DNA of 62,986 nucleotides, filler included, from Pelomyxa schiedti (lineage: Eukaryota; Protista; Evosea), in NCBI GenBank assembly GCA_020536535.1. It is 12 parts of 12 records of this genome, joined end to end, with 100 filler letters (N's around TTAATTAATTAA, not from the genome) between each part and the next. Parts side by side here need not be neighbours in the genome. Positions count along the whole stretch, not along the records: positions 48,380 to 62,986 come from JAHLWZ010000485.1; 11 more parts are not named here. One strand, 5' to 3'. The position numbers and the translations under genes are program-made. How positions within the stretch are numbered: position 1 is the stretch's first letter; the number at the start of each line of letters is the position of its first letter. The notes under the pieces are model-generated. The model searched no databases, was not told where the DNA came from, and saw only the letters and a list, made by a program, of their open reading frames with translations. Shown in pieces: positions 62,007 through 62,986 of this stretch.

Positions 62007-62986
62007 TTAGGTTGTGGGCGGTGCTGCGTTGCTGTGTTTATTTAGTTTTCTAGTTTTGCTTTTCTGCCGTTCCGTGCGTTCCGTTAAGATCAGCGTTATC
62101 ACTGCAGATTGGCCTTCTTTCTCTTGAAATTGATGGGTTATGAGAAAACCTGATTGGTTGGATCTTACCGTGATTGGGTCCAAAGTCCAAACAACAACTT
62201 TACATCCGATAATCAACGCATCGTAAGCAGTACGAACAATGGACTGTTTGGCTTGGGCCAATTTGTATTTAATTTTCAATTTGGTTTTCTAGAAACCTTG
62301 GAAGTTTGGGCCTCTTTCTAGCATTGAGCTGAGCTTGTGGTATATTTCTCTGGTGTTGAGGTGTGAAAGGGGGCTATCTGGGCATGTTATTATTTGAGTT
62401 GGTGCCTGTGAATTGGTGTGCTGTTGCTCTATTTGCTGTTGATGCTGCGGTTGTTGTTGCAGTAGCTGTGGGAAGGGAAGAGGGGGACTACTTGGCATTG
62501 TGGTCATGAAAGGTGGTGGAAAGTTGGACAGAACAGATGACTGGGGTGGAATACTCCTATTCGGCATGCTATTGTGTTGGGGCTGTTGTTGTTGTGATGG
62601 CGGTGTTTGTTGTTGGTTCTGCGGAAATGAGAGCGGAGGGCTCCTTGGAATTGTGGATATGAAGGGAGGGTAGTTTGGAACCGGTGACTGCAGTGATGGT
62701 GCTGATGATGGTGATGATTGCGGAATGCTGGTGATTTGTTGCGGCTGCTGGAGTTGGTGCGGGAACTGCTGGGGTGAAGGCGGCATGTTCATATTGAAGG
62801 AATTCGGCTGCGGTGGTGGTGGAATGTTACCGGACATAAGGCGGGGAGGTGTCATGTTCGTGAATTGTGACATGTTGGATATTTGCGGGGATTCCAGGTT
62901 GGAAAGCGGTGGCTGCTGGTGCAGAGGGGAGGGAGGCGGTGATGGGGAGAAGGTTGGTCCTTGTGGTGGGTTGACGGAAAACGTGT
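62007..62986 (-). CDS. Pro/Gln-rich C-terminal part of the NYN-domain gene, uninterrupted copy
   Basis: 62866-62986 is identical to 33104-33224; reading frame runs through the empty transposon site. Confidence 0.7.

Overview
Intron-rich eukaryotic DNA, not a prokaryote. It consists of 12 contigs/scaffolds joined by artificial N-TTAATTAATTAA-N linkers, plus three plain 100-N gaps, so adjacency across linkers is meaningless. Gene content suggests an amoebozoan, most likely an archamoeba such as Pelomyxa (inference). Genes include alpha-tubulin, Ras, an atypical Rho, RasGAP, a WASP-like protein, cathepsin X/Z, RWP-RK and CudA-like factors, a NYN nuclease, a degenerate ROCO protein, GH15, and ankyrin and RING proteins. 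The most unusual signals are: (1) a fold-back repeat system at 1.7-7.0 kb whose junctions share a TTTT..TGTGG motif; (2) an array of five hairpins with different stem sequences, directly upstream of a tRNA-Gln gene whose two defects would both be repaired by C-to-U changes; (3) a Sola-like DDD transposon with a SAP domain and ~280-bp TIRs, abutting a degenerate hAT-like element, with filled and empty sites both present in the window. All calls come from manual reading; no searches were run.
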